From: Tubiluchus corallicola
Taxonomy: Eukaryota; Animalia; Priapulida
Assembly: GCA_030141605.1 (NCBI GenBank)
Contig: JAQGDQ010002373.1
Span: 343,921 to 407,920 of the forward strand
DNA length: 64,000 nucleotides
Direction: 5' to 3'
Within the stretch, counting starts at the first letter, position 1, and each line of letters begins with the position of its first letter. Below, one piece after another: positions 23,601-35,100 of the stretch. The notes below the pieces were generated by a model. It had not been told where the DNA came from, ran no database searches, and saw nothing but the letters and a program-made list of their open reading frames with translations. The translations under genes and the position numbers were made by a program.

Positions 23601-25818
23601 TGTTTAAAATCAATGAACTTTTTGTTTACTGTGTAATATGTGACAAAATGTATTTCATTTTCGCAGTGAAACTGCAACTTATTGATAAACACAGTATGTC
23701 AAATGTCTGCAAAAAGCGCTCATTATGGAAATGCTATTTTTTAATTCCACTCTTCCATTTCTTTCGAAAACTGAACTTTTCGAAAACAGATTTTCCTGAT
23801 ATTTAGCAAAATTTTGCTATTTCACGATAAATCAAACTGCAGATATTTGCATAAATATCGACCAATTTTGATCTGGTTAAACTTTCATAGTTACAGTACT
23901 GGGCTGGCGCGCACTTGTGAGATAGGGTACCAAGCATAGCCGCCCACAATCCAATGTCTCTACATTTCTGCAATATGAGATAACTCAGCTAGGTGGCTAA
24001 CAGTTAAGCTTATTAACTTTCACACAACCTCAAGTTGCACAGCTCCATTGTTGAACACTTAAACATGTCTAGCCACAGCTGCTCAGGCAGCATTTAACTA
24101 AAGGAGTTGTTTGGGACTTCGTTAATCATTAACAATTTCTTGCTAGACTGTTTTAATTTTGCAATTTAAGCATCAGTGATAAGCTTTTCTCATATTTTTC
24201 GGGCAAAGGAAAACATTTCATACATTGTAAGGTTGTCAAATTGCTGTACAAAATTAATGTTGTATAGAATAATTCTTTACACATTGAAAAAAATGAAACA
24301 GACAGATTTTTTAACTGTCTGGCCTAATTTCCAATAGAAAAATTGCTTGTACCAAGTACTGTAATGTACATCACCAGTATTCAAATAAGATTAATAAATT
24401 AAGGTGGGCCTCAAAACAAAACTGTTTATGTCTTACCTCATGAATTCAAAAGGGATTTAGAGAGGGAGGAAACAAATTTTCTTTCCTTTAGTTTGTGTTT
24501 CAGTTTTTTCGTATGGTATGAATGAGATATATGGGACAGATGATTATCTTTTTCGTGTCCTTGGTAAGAACATATGTTCTAATAATTATAATCGACAACA
24601 CTACTAGGTCGTTAATATGATAATTTGACAGAAAATTCAATCATTTTTAGCTACCAATTGATATGATAATAAGCACTTTACAGAATGGTAACCACGGCCT
24701 AAAGTTAGCCATAAAAAACATGGTTGCGTCCTCGCCGAAATATTAAATTAAAAAAATGCACGCATACGATTGTCAGGTACCTATGAACATACAAAAAGAT
24801 TATAAAATTCACGGCTGGTTGTGCACTAAAAATATTCCGAGTGAGTGTATTTAGTTGTCTAAATCATAAAGTTAAACTTGGTTTTGTTCATATTTTTATA
24901 TTTTATATATGGTTGATTATGCCTGGGATGAAAGGAGATCTTAAAGCTTCACAGTCATCAGCAATGAAGATGTGCAGCATTGCCATGTAAAAATGTTCGA
25001 AAAAGTTAAATAAATGACAATTTCTCTTTATATGAAGTATTTTACCTAAGATTTTTCGGTGGTTTTTGACATCTAAAGAAAAGAAAAGGTAAGCTGGATA
25101 AATACTACTAGTACCTCGGAAAAATGCAACCGAAAATTAGTGAAAGTGTCTGGAAAACTTAATAATTTTTGACAAAAACGAAACTGAACCGAAAAGGTAA
25201 CTATCAGCAAACTGAAACGAAATTTCCATTTTGGTAACATTCCCACTGCTGACACATTACTTTTTGCTCAGACTGTGACCGATTAATAATATCTGTGCAA
25301 TATAATATAAAGAAAAAAATATTTTACATAATATACAAAATCAATATATTCCATTAAACATGTATAACATAACTTTATTATATTTGTAATTTACATTTAA
25401 ATTTTCTAGTTGTTAGCTAGATTTTGTTTGGAAGCCTGCACAGTTATTGGTTTCAATTCGATTCACGAAAAAATAAGAATAGAAATCAGTTTTCTATGTT
25501 ACACATGCGTGATTCTAAAAATTTACTCAGTTAGGCTTAAATCGTCAAGTTTAAAATTGCGTGAAATTGTAGCATGGTTTTTACAGTGAATTTTACAGAC
25601 CTGTTTAAATGTAGCTCATTCCAGGGGAAACTCTACTCTAGTACAATATACATTATAAATTGAATTACTACACTCTAGTCAAATCAGAGTGGAAAAAAAT
25701 AGAAAATATTTTTTAAATTACCATGATTAGATAAAGAAAGTGTTGGAGATGACAGTTTCTGTCTTTTGGCAGGCAAATCTTCTTGGCCAAGTTCGTGAAC
25801 CTGATGTCGTTCAGCCAT
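1444..25818 (-). CDS. CREBBP: CREB-binding protein / p300 family histone acetyltransferase, complete 29-exon CDS (~2350 aa)
   Basis: Hand-spliced coding exons, 5'->3': 25722-25818, 22383-23110, 21544-21780, 20805-21021, 19687-19929, 19299-19499, 18730-19057, 18181-18298, 17806-17944, 14775-15025, 14111-14299, 13599-13899, 12245-12360, 10795-10965, 10367-10524, 8648-8728 (or -8758), 7799-7933, 7432-7499, 6878-7025, 6333-6479, 6075-6188, 5814-5979, 5407-5634, 5128-5283, 4646-4921, 4024-4428, 3282-3500, 2753-2965, 1444-2646. Total 7053 nt, phases consistent, no internal stops. The start [25 protein letters not shown] sits in an ACCATGG Kozak context and resembles the CBP N-terminus (PKRAKLSSP). 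Exons in low-complexity regions are less certain. Confidence 0.96.
4024..4428 (-). CDS. CREBBP: CBP ZZ end and TAZ2 (CH3) exon
   Basis: [19 protein letters not shown]...[20 protein letters not shown]...[12 protein letters not shown]...[18 protein letters not shown]....[10 protein letters not shown]. Confidence 0.96.
4646..7025 (-). CDS. CREBBP: CBP KAT3 HAT domain exons, including the K-rich autoinhibitory loop and start of ZZ
   Basis: [104 protein letters not shown]-rich loop at 5128-5283, [27 protein letters not shown]. The catalytically important D, W and Y residues are intact. Confidence 0.97.
7432..8758 (-). CDS. CREBBP: CBP RING/PHD exons (8648-8728/8758, 7799-7933, 7432-7499)
   Basis: [27 protein letters not shown]|[38 protein letters not shown]|FVCSLCLK. 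Confidence 0.93.
10367..12360 (-). CDS. CREBBP: CBP bromodomain and start of RING exons (12245-12360, 10795-10965, 10367-10524)
   Basis: [29 protein letters not shown]|[45 protein letters not shown]..|[23 protein letters not shown]; the acetyl-lysine-binding Asn is retained. Confidence 0.96.
10985..11095 (+). mobile_element. L2/CR1-type LINE 3' ORF2 fragment
   Basis: Degenerate translation [10 protein letters not shown]...[15 protein letters not shown], the typical L2 ORF2 C-terminus. Confidence 0.55.
11335..12058 (-). mobile_element. Non-autonomous pogo/Tigger-type (Tc1/mariner) element, 724 bp, internally deleted
   Basis: 26-bp TIRs CAGTGGACTCTCGTTATAAGAATCAC / GTGATTCTTGTAACGAGAATCCACTG, TA target duplication on both sides, repeated subterminal GATTCTTATA motifs, and a residual 48-aa ORF at 11654-11800. 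Confidence 0.9.
12480..12935 (+). mobile_element. RTE-clade LINE 3' fragment (decayed)
   Basis: Frameshifted VLMYGNEA...[15 protein letters not shown]...RARGRPRTT...[14 protein letters not shown] followed by a TAAG-type tail. Confidence 0.7.
13059..13481. mobile_element. MITE with CAGGGTTCCCAC terminal inverted repeats (hAT-like)
   Basis: Perfect 12-bp IR CAGGGTTCCCAC / GTGGGAACCCTG and several subterminal TTCCCTGAC repeats; no clean TSD. Confidence 0.75.
17200..17511 (-). mobile_element. Truncated Tigger/pogo transposon: left TIR plus N-terminus of transposase
   Basis: Minus-strand TA-CATAGGAACCTCGACTTA TIR-like end at 17511; ORF from 17301, [30 protein letters not shown], resembles the CENP-B/psq HTH start of Tigger transposases. 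Confidence 0.75.
17806..19057 (-). CDS. CREBBP: CBP KIX domain exons (18730-19057, 18181-18298, 17806-17944)
   Basis: [19 protein letters not shown]|[39 protein letters not shown]|[22 protein letters not shown]. Confidence 0.96.
19687..21021 (-). CDS. CREBBP: CBP TAZ1 (CH1) zinc finger exons (20805-21021, 19687-19929)
   Basis: [21 protein letters not shown]...[19 protein letters not shown]...[29 protein letters not shown]. Confidence 0.96.
22383..23110 (-). CDS. CREBBP: CBP exon 2: N-terminal S/P-rich region with LxxLL nuclear-receptor interaction motif
   Basis: ttttcag|AT GCC TTT GAC...TCT CAG|gtgaga; contains PSLARLLP (LxxLL); phase 1 matches exon 1. Confidence 0.85.
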
Positions 25819-26189
25819 GGTAATGTTGACAACGAACTGCTTGAAAGTTTTTCACCAAAGCAGTACGAAACGGTGACTACACAACTCAAAATAATTGCAC
25901 CAAATTATCAGCTACTCGCAAAGTAACAAATAAATAAAAGAAACGTAAAAATTCATAATAAAATCTCGTTGGCTGTTCAGGGCATCACAGTTTTAACAGG
26001 TAAACAAGCGTCCAAAACGACTACTCAATGCGCATATTAACACTGTACAAAAGTCATTAGTAATATGAACATGTGAACGCCCAGCGAAAATGTTTTTTGC
26101 ACATATTTACTGCTGGTACTCTCGTGCATATTTTCGAAAAGAATAATTTATACATAACACAAATTAAGGCAGCTAAAGCGAATATAAAA

Positions 26190-26400
26190 TCTACGAACTC
26201 CGGTGCCCAAAATCTACGTGAAAATGGCGGCCGCTGTGAAAACTTACGACAAACAACGAAGTTTGCCGACCCGGAAACACCCGAGCGAAAAGTAATTAGC
26301 ATAATACCACGTGATCGCCTACTGCATGCGCCAGCACAGTGCGCACTTTGGTCATAGTTTTCTGCTGCTGTACGGCGACCGCCGTTGTCTGTTCTGTTCA
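26190..26400 (-). promoter_or_regulatory. CpG-enriched housekeeping-type promoter / 5' region of CBP
   Basis: Local GC/CpG rise 400-550 nt upstream of the ATG, with YY1-type AAAATGGCGGC (26221-26231), ETS-like CCGGAA (26271), E-box CACGTG (26308-26313) and NRF1-like TGCATGCGC (26323-26331). Confidence 0.6.
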
Positions 26401-26599
26401 TGTTTCAAGTTTTCAAAAATAGAGAACTATTACATATCTTTTATCGAAATCTCTTGTTCTAAATTTACTGCTCCAAAGTACATTGGAACTAAAAATTTTT
26501 ATGTCCTACAAAAGCACTATTTGATATGGTGCATCTATAGAAAATCATTTTTCCAGTTTACTCAGAACCAATTAATACACTGCTGTTATACTGTCGTGA

Positions 26600-26985
26600 T
26601 TAGGGGTTAAGCGAGTACACTCAGAAACCCGTAACTCCAGAAACACTATGGGCTTTAATCTTTCTAAGCAGTCTTCGATGAGCAAAGCCATGGCAAAATC
26701 AAAATAAACGACATCAACAGGACTTCCTTGATCAAGCATAGAAGTGATATCACCGAAAAAACTTATTGGATTGGTCAAGCAAGAATGGCCTTTAGTGAAT
26801 CCATGTTAGGAGTCAAATAATATTCTTTTCAAAATGAACAATGATATAACTCCGCAAAATAGATCTCATGACTTTACATACTAATGAAGTTAAAGAAATA
26901 GGCCAATAATTACCAGGATCACTACACAGGCCTTTCTTAAAAATAAGTGTTACGTTGGCTAACTTCCAACTATGAGGTAGTGAAT
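26600..26985 (-). mobile_element. CR1-clade LINE reverse transcriptase fragment (decayed)
   Basis: LPHSWKLANVTLIFKKG..DPGNYWPISLTSLVCKVM / *HGFTKGHSCLTN.ISFF.....DQGSPVDVVYFDFA, with a frameshift and a stop. Confidence 0.85.
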
Positions 26986-29004
26986 TTTATTTCATCATTA
27001 ATCAATCAGTATTAGTGTTGGGCTGAACCGATCGGTGAACGAACAGTGATTATGGGTTGTGATTATTGAACAATTTCTGATCAGCTTATTAGGAATAGGT
27101 CTCCAAGCAAAGCAAGGCACAGGGCCCTATGTTCGATAAACATCGATTATATTTATTGTATTGGTACTTCCAACAAAATCAGTGTTTAAACATTGAAAAA
27201 CATGGTGCACAGCAAGGATTAAACAACACAAAAATTTGAACATATAAATGGTAAGTACACAATTGGTAGTGATGGCACAGTATGAAATTACTATGAATTA
27301 TTTATTATTAATCAAGTGTTCAGCACAAACATTTGTGAAAAATTTGCTTGCAGAGAATTGCTTTATAACTGGCTTTAAGTCGATGGTCTTCAGGATGGCA
27401 TTTTCAATATACATTGAAAACCAGTTCAAGCATTGTGCTACGTAATATTTTCTGTTATTTATTTTCATTTGATTTGTTTTCACAGGCATCGGATTTGGTC
27501 ACCCTTAGGGCTCGAGCAGCACTACAACAAACCTCTAGACAACCTTCACTGATAAGTGATGATCATTTGGTTAAAGTCTATATAAGAACACTTGCAGCTG
27601 CTCCATATCCCAAAAGTGGATGACACAGTCAAAGGCACACAGCGTTCAGCTACTGGGTAGCTAGCTCACCCAGTCCTTAGACGATAACAGTGACGAACAT
27701 TTGGTTAAGACCCAAGATTGCTCCAGTTGCTCCATATCTGACCAGGTGCTTTCCGTTTCAGCAGTCTCATGTTTGGATGTATAGATTCCAGCATTATACA
27801 TCCTGTACAGAAGGTGACCAGAATCCACTCCTGTCTCACTCTACTGGGCCGCGCGGGCAGGAGCTTTCTCCCCAAGTATGAGCCTTTAATATCGCTGATC
27901 GGATTAGTTTGGCTCTGATGTTCAGAAGAATGAGTGTCTTCAGAAGAGCATCATTCTCTCTTCCCGGCCATTCCTCTGTAGCCCACACAGGTACTATGTG
28001 ACGAGGCAGTAGCAGAACTGCAGTGCCATTTGTAATCATCGAGGATATTCGTACTTTTGAGCTTTATCCGTAAGCCTAGCCCTGTGAAATCAAAATCATG
28101 CACTCATACTGGGCTAAATTTGTGACCATGGGCCGATTAATTTTGCTGTTCACAAATATTAGTCAGGTAGCAACACCTAGGCAGAAATCAGATGTGCCAA
28201 GATTGCAAATAACGAGGATGAAAATGTAAAGTAAAAACCTTTTTATATAATATGGTAGATAGCCGAGAGCTTTTATTCAATAAAATTGTATTGTACCCTG
28301 AACGTATAAAATTCAACAGGGCAAACCCAGAAACATTTTAGCACTTATGAACTAATTTTTACGATGAAGTCCAGAAAATAAAAACTTTGTTTGATATTGC
28401 CGCCAGGTCCATAAAAATAAAAAACAGACAATACATAGTATATATGTATAATTTTACTGTATTAACATTGGGATTGTATTTTCAATAAAACTATTGATCA
28501 ATTCAGGCCTCAAGTGAAAAAATTAACTGAAGTGTCAGGAAAATATATTGACGACCAAATTGTTTAATTCACCAACAATGAATGTTAAATGACATATTAT
28601 ATTTTTTGTTTGTTTAGAAAATTTGAACGCTTTTTACTTGAAATGCTTTAAAATCTCGATTCAGGAGTAGGGGTCAGAATGGCCCCAATCCCGAACGCTC
28701 ATACCGGCAGCAGAAAATTAACAGAAACAATGTTAGCAATTAATGGACTGTCACCCCATTCTACTGTTGGTTTGAGTAGACGGCAAATTTAACAAGCAAA
28801 GAATGTATGTATTTGTGTAATAGCGGTTATTAGCCATTTAATGCTACGGACCCTTTTAGGGTTGTCATCTACTGTGCCCAACTTATCTTGCTAAATGCTG
28901 ATTTTAAAACAAACATAAAAAAGTACAAACATTTTTAACATGTATTACAATAACTGTTATATTTGAAAAACTATTTCAAACAGTATGCATACAAATTATG
29001 GTCT

Positions 29005-29010
29005 TTTATT
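29005..29010 (-). terminator. Candidate poly(A) signal of the dynein gene
   Basis: Minus-strand AATAAA about 140 nt downstream of the TAA at 29152. Confidence 0.45.
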
Positions 29011-29151
29011 ACATATGGACAGAAATCTTACTGAGATTTTACCAGGCAATAAGATAAAAATATAATATTCTACAAGTTTCAGCAAACTCATTCATTAAGC
29101 TAAGCTAAATATCAGTTAATTTCATTAAAAATTCCTACAGTTGTAAATGCA

Positions 29152-32100
29152 TTAATCATCGAGTTGGCACAACGCTGCAACACCTCTGTTAATCCAGTGT
29201 TTCTCAGGTTTGTCACTAGGTAACTCGATAGTCAGGACGTAGTTTGTTGAATGGCCAGTAGTGGACAGTACACCTCGACGGGCACTGGTCTTGTAAACAG
29301 GACAGGCATATGTCCTTTTTCTCAGCATATCAACATACTTTTTCGGTCGCAGCCATATGACAGGCATACAATCATAAATAATTTTTGGAAGTGACTCTTC
29401 AATTTGTTTAGCAGTTTGCGACCACCGGGCACCTTCTAAAAACAGACCCTGGAAAAATTAGATTAGTACTTAAATAATAGCTTGTACAGAGGCAAGCATG
29501 ATTCAGATCAAGCGAAGTGGCTTGTGACGTGCAAAATAATGTCTGGCTGTGCACTATCAAACTTAAGGAAGGCATTTTTTTTCTATTTAGTAAGGCAGAA
29601 GTTCTGGAGTTTCAAAAACAAGATACACTTCATAAATTACAGATAATTGGCCAAGCTTTCTGGTAAACACATGATACAAAAATAAGTATTTTCAGCAATG
29701 AAACAGAAAAGTTGGGGAACTTATCCAACCAGCCAAGTTCATAAACTTGTAAGTACTTTGTGCTCAAACAATAAACATGTAATGGTAACTTGAAATATGT
29801 GCTTAACATCTATAACCCAGCCACGATGTATTCCAACATTGCTACCTTAATATAAACACCATCTTCAGGTCTTTCGTGCATATTAGCATCCTCCGATGTC
29901 ACTTCAAACTCAAACCCAACCTGGTCTATTGGAATTGCGTATTTCCTAGAGTAATTCTGAAGAGCCCCTGCAATTAAATAAAACAATTGCAAAATTCATT
30001 AATTTAGAACAACATACTAATGAGTTTCTTACTCACCCTTGTATTGCATAGAAGTATGTAACTTCATTGACTTTTACAGTTACCTGTAATCTATGAAAAT
30101 TCTTTTTACCTGTAAGGAAAGATTGTGTAAAATAGAAACCAGATAACCAAAAAACAATTGGTGGTCCTTTGTCAATCCAGTCCTGCAGAAATTTCAACCT
30201 AAAAAATAAAAGAAAGATTGCTTTATATTCACGCATTTACATTTACAGTTTACATTTCTTGAAATGTTAGTTCAACAAGTAAACATTCTTTAATATTATA
30301 AATAAGTGACGATCTATTTTTCAGACACATTAAATGCAGATGATACACTGGATGTGTATGGTGAAGATAGGAAACAGGATTAGTGTGCTGACTTGTGGAA
30401 GAGGGCAGATCAAGTGGCCATTGCTGATGTTCTACATAGTACAAGGCTACGTTAGTTGTGTCATCTCCAAAGAGCAGAGGATCAATTTGCTGAAGTTGAT
30501 AGATAGATAAGCTCACACTCAACTTCAAGTTGAAGGCATGAGACTTGTTGGCCAGCCTAGAAAAACCTGGCAGGAAGTTCACATCAAGGCGTGGCACTTG
30601 TCACCTGAGCTGACCAGCAGGCGGGTTATTTGGAGGTGGGCCATTGGCAGACCCCTGTCCAACCCCATCTAATGGGAATGATGGACTTAAATGTTGATGA
30701 TGATAATGATGATGAGACAAAATTATAATGTATGGCTGTGCTGCTTGCCCATTTTTGTTCTTCTCAAAAGGAACGTGCAAATCACGTTGTGTAACTTTTC
30801 TGAGGTCGGGGATGAATAGCTGATTGCACTACCTTAATCTTGTTAGTGTTAATGCATAGTCTGCTATCACATTTATTAGTTGTATACTTTACAGCCCTGT
30901 GCAGTTAATTTCCAAGCACCTGTCCTGATCTTGCAAGTCACAGTGCTAACTACAGTCTTATCAATTCAAATAACGACTAGCGAATTTGAGCTGCGTATCA
31001 GCATTGAAGCTCTGATGTTAGATGATATCATGCAATTTCACACACTGATGCCTATATGGATGAAGTCAAACATTCACACAGGTGAATCATTACATACCTG
31101 GCTACAAGGTCTAAAATATAACTTCCAAGAGGTTTAAGAGATGGATAGGATTTTGCAGCCCACACCGCTGGCACCTTTCCAATTAGCATGGCATCAAATA
31201 ATTTCTCTAAATCTGTAGACATTAAGACCAGTCCTATAAAAAAGAATTAAAATATTTAAAATAGCAAGACCATACTGCAAATTAACAACTTAAGGTCAGG
31301 TGAAGAAACATTAATGATTACATTTGCACAAAGCAGCTTAAAACTACACAAAGTTTAAAATTCTGAAAATCTGCTAATAACAGGGTCAAGATACTACATG
31401 TTATTGTGTAATACTAAATGAGTTCTGCTGAAACGGTCTGAATTTATCAAGATTTTGGGCATTGCTGTAGCATTGCCACAGAGTTTTTGTTGACCATTTT
31501 GTTGGGCCAAATCTTGAATAAAGTTGTATTTTTCTACAAGTTAAGGCAATCTACTCGTTAAGCTGAATTCTACCCTAGTACTCGTCAATATAGTAAGGAA
31601 CATCTAGAGTTACCCACTGAAATACAAAAAACTGTAAACTTCTTAACAGGAACACACAATAGTTAAAGCCGTCATGCGAGACAGAACAAATTCCATACTA
31701 TGAATAAGAATCTTGTAGTAGTAGCAGCAACAGCAGCAGCAGCAGTAGCAGTAGTAGTAGTAGTAGATGTAGAAGTAGTAATTTACTGACTGTAACAATG
31801 AATTATAAGCAGAACAATAAGAACTTTACAGTCCAATATGTAGCTATCCAAGCAAACTCTACCTACATGAATAGCAAACAGCTAGCCTTGTGTGTACATT
31901 AGAGGCACTGACATACTTAACAGGAGAGTGTAATTATGGTGGACTTGTGACAGATGATAACAACTTTGCATTACTCTTTGCTACAAGCTTTAGATTGATA
32001 GTAAATAAATTTGATAAGCAACTAAAATCTAATTCAGGATAACCCTGATAAACATTCTCAATATTAATGTATCTGAACTGATATTCAGCTTGCACATTAC

Positions 32101-35100
32101 ATATTAGTAGAAAAATATTAGAAGAGGAAAGCATACTAGTTTTTTACTTATAATCTTTAGTTAACAAATTATAATATATAGAAATGAACACATATCGCAT
32201 TTCAAACCAAAGAGACAATAACATTACCTTTGATTGCCTTCTGAATGTTTACAAGGGTTAAGCGGATGACCGACGTCAATCTGTTGAATCGAATCAGTTC
32301 CTGTCGTAGAACGGTGTTCATTGAATCATTGTACAAGACTGGATACTTTTTAACTATCTCTTCCAGGTCAAAGTCCGGTGGCAGTTTATCAAGAATATCA
32401 ATTGCTAAATCTGTGATGATATCACTGGAAGATTTCCCACCTCCTTCACCTTGTCGCGGCAGTGTGAGTAGAATTGAATCAAACAGCTGAAGTTAAATAG
32501 AACACAATGATCAAGATTACGTATCGAGAGCTGCTAATGTTATAAAATTCTTGAAAACGCTATAAATTTCGAATGCTGGAAATAATGCAAATTTTGTGAT
32601 TGTATGACATCATTAACAATAAATGCTAGTTCTGTTAATGCGACTATTTTTATTGATGTATTTTGTAAATAAAAAACGCAGACTTTCTCTTCAAAGTTCC
32701 TTCTCGGAAGAGGGATAATGCTATTAGTAGCTGCTACACTGCATTTGTGATTGTTTTTCAGACTCACTGACAGTCCCAATTCACACTATTTGGTCAGTTT
32801 TAAACATTTAATAATGTTGTAACAATTAATGATGAGTTGGTACTGCATGACATGTAAAAATATAGAGTTGACTAGCTAAAAATGTTTCTTGCATTCTCAG
32901 CGTAACAGGCGCTGAGATGATAAAAGCACCCACAGAACCAGCATTACATGCCAGCATATTTATTGCTTCCTTTATGCAGTGGGTTTGTAATGGAGAGTGT
33001 AATGTTTTTTTTTCTCATCTCCTAAGTAATTGTTGCTCTTTCTTATACTTACTTTTTCTCTTAAATTTTCTATATTACACTTTTTTGATACTTATTTTAT
33101 CTCTCCATACAGTCAAAATCACCCTGTCAATAAGGCCCCTATTTGAAAATATATATAATAATCATAATTACTTGTATTAATTGTATTGTTTTTGTTTAGA
33201 TTTAGGTGTCATCTAACTTAATTATTTTTTGTTTTCACTTATACTGTTTTCATTTATACTTTGTTTTCATTTATACTGTTTATTATTATTATTTTTTGCC
33301 TATTTGATTTTGTTATCAGCAGTCTCACCATTTACTTTTAATATACTAATTTAATTATAAGACAGGGCAGGAGACTAGATGACCCTATGGTCCTTCCTTG
33401 CCCTGCTCCACTACTATAATTAAGTAATATTTAAAAAAGCTTGTCATGTCAAACAAATGCAGAAAATAAATGTTCTATGTCTATGTCTATGTCTAATGGA
33501 TCGAATCATTTTGCAATTCAAACTTTTAATTCATAACACATGCAGCTACCTTAAATAAATGTAGATAAATAAATACATCTTATATCTAAAATATTTTAAA
33601 ATGTATGGGGATTAGCAAAAATTTAGTGCCGTAACCATATCCAAAAGTGGAATCATTATCTTAGTTCCGAATGTTAAATTCCACAATAACATACGTAAAC
33701 TGTGAAAAAGTTAAAAATTTTTTCACTGTATGGATAATAGTAACTGTATAAATCCTTACCTTGAGTGATCACGGGTGTGTTGGAGCCATTTGTAAAAAAA
33801 AAGGATCGATTTTTCAAAAGAGTCGTTTTAATGTCTCTTCAAATAATAGCCAGCCAGTCATTATAGAGTCATTTTTGAAATCCCATAAATCATTTAAGAG
33901 ACATAATTACCTGCTGAGTTTCCTGGTTATCCTTTGTTATGTCAGCATTTTCATGCAAGCCAAACACTTCCGGGTGTGGAACCATGGGCAAATTACGAAT
34001 ATAGTCCACAAATGTAGAATACTCACCTTCCTGTGGCACTTTGTAAATACCACTCGGAGAAAACCTATGAAAAACAGTGTATTATAGTAAGTACATTTTT
34101 AATTTTATGCTTGCATGTGCATTATAGAATAAAATCTGTGCATAGTGTTATAGTAATATATACATACTATTCCTGCTACTGCTGTTGCTATTACTGCTGC
34201 TACCACTACTACTACCACTACCACTACCACTTCCACTACCTCTACCGCTACTATTTCTTTATAAACTGTAATGGCCAATTATTAAATTTGTCCAGTTTTG
34301 TCTGTTACATTTTATTGCAACTGGATTAGTTTTGTGATTCATTTGTTTTTACTACAAAGCAAGATAAAGAATGGCAAATGTGGGAATGACGATTGAACGG
34401 TGGAAAGACGGTTGACGAATTACAGTTCGTAAATTATAAAAAAGTTGGATAACTAAATCCTAATAGCTTATCATGCCCAATTGTAGGCTGGTTTTGGTGC
34501 AGGACTCAGTGGCCTTGGGTTTTCTCAAATGTTTGCCTTTCTTTCAAAGTTTTAACAATGTGTATAGGTAGTTTATAGGTAGTTGAAATTACACGGGTAA
34601 AAGTGTTGAAGTCTAAGTTATTTCCAGGTAAAACGTTAGCCTTCCCCAGTTTTGACAACCGTGGTAAAATACCATGGGAATTCACATGGTTACCCAATAA
34701 ATCACACGATTAAATAGTATAAAATTTAACAGACAGGTGCTTTTTACTTGTATTTTTCATTCCAAGATATTTCGTGAGTGTAAAATATTGACAAAAGAGA
34801 AAGTAGGAGTCGTCTGTCTTTATCGTCTGTCACACGACCACCATAATTGCATTCTCCTGTTAAGTATGTGAGTGCCTCCAATGGGAAATAATCATACTCG
34901 TCTAAAAACATCTGGAAAAATGGAAAGACATTTGTTATGATAAGTCATTTATGTATACTTTATAAATGATAAGTACTTGCTTTAGGTAAATACTGAGTAA
35001 GAGTAAAAGTACTTTATTAATATTCTTTCAGAGAAAAATATATTGATCGTCTTATATAGCCGTGAATGTAACGGCATCTAGTGAAAATATATAGACCGCA

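Noticed and set aside
26057-26401. 114-aa and 94-aa ORFs across the promoter
   Set aside because: Open frames expected in GC-rich promoter DNA; no homology recognised and no exon structure.
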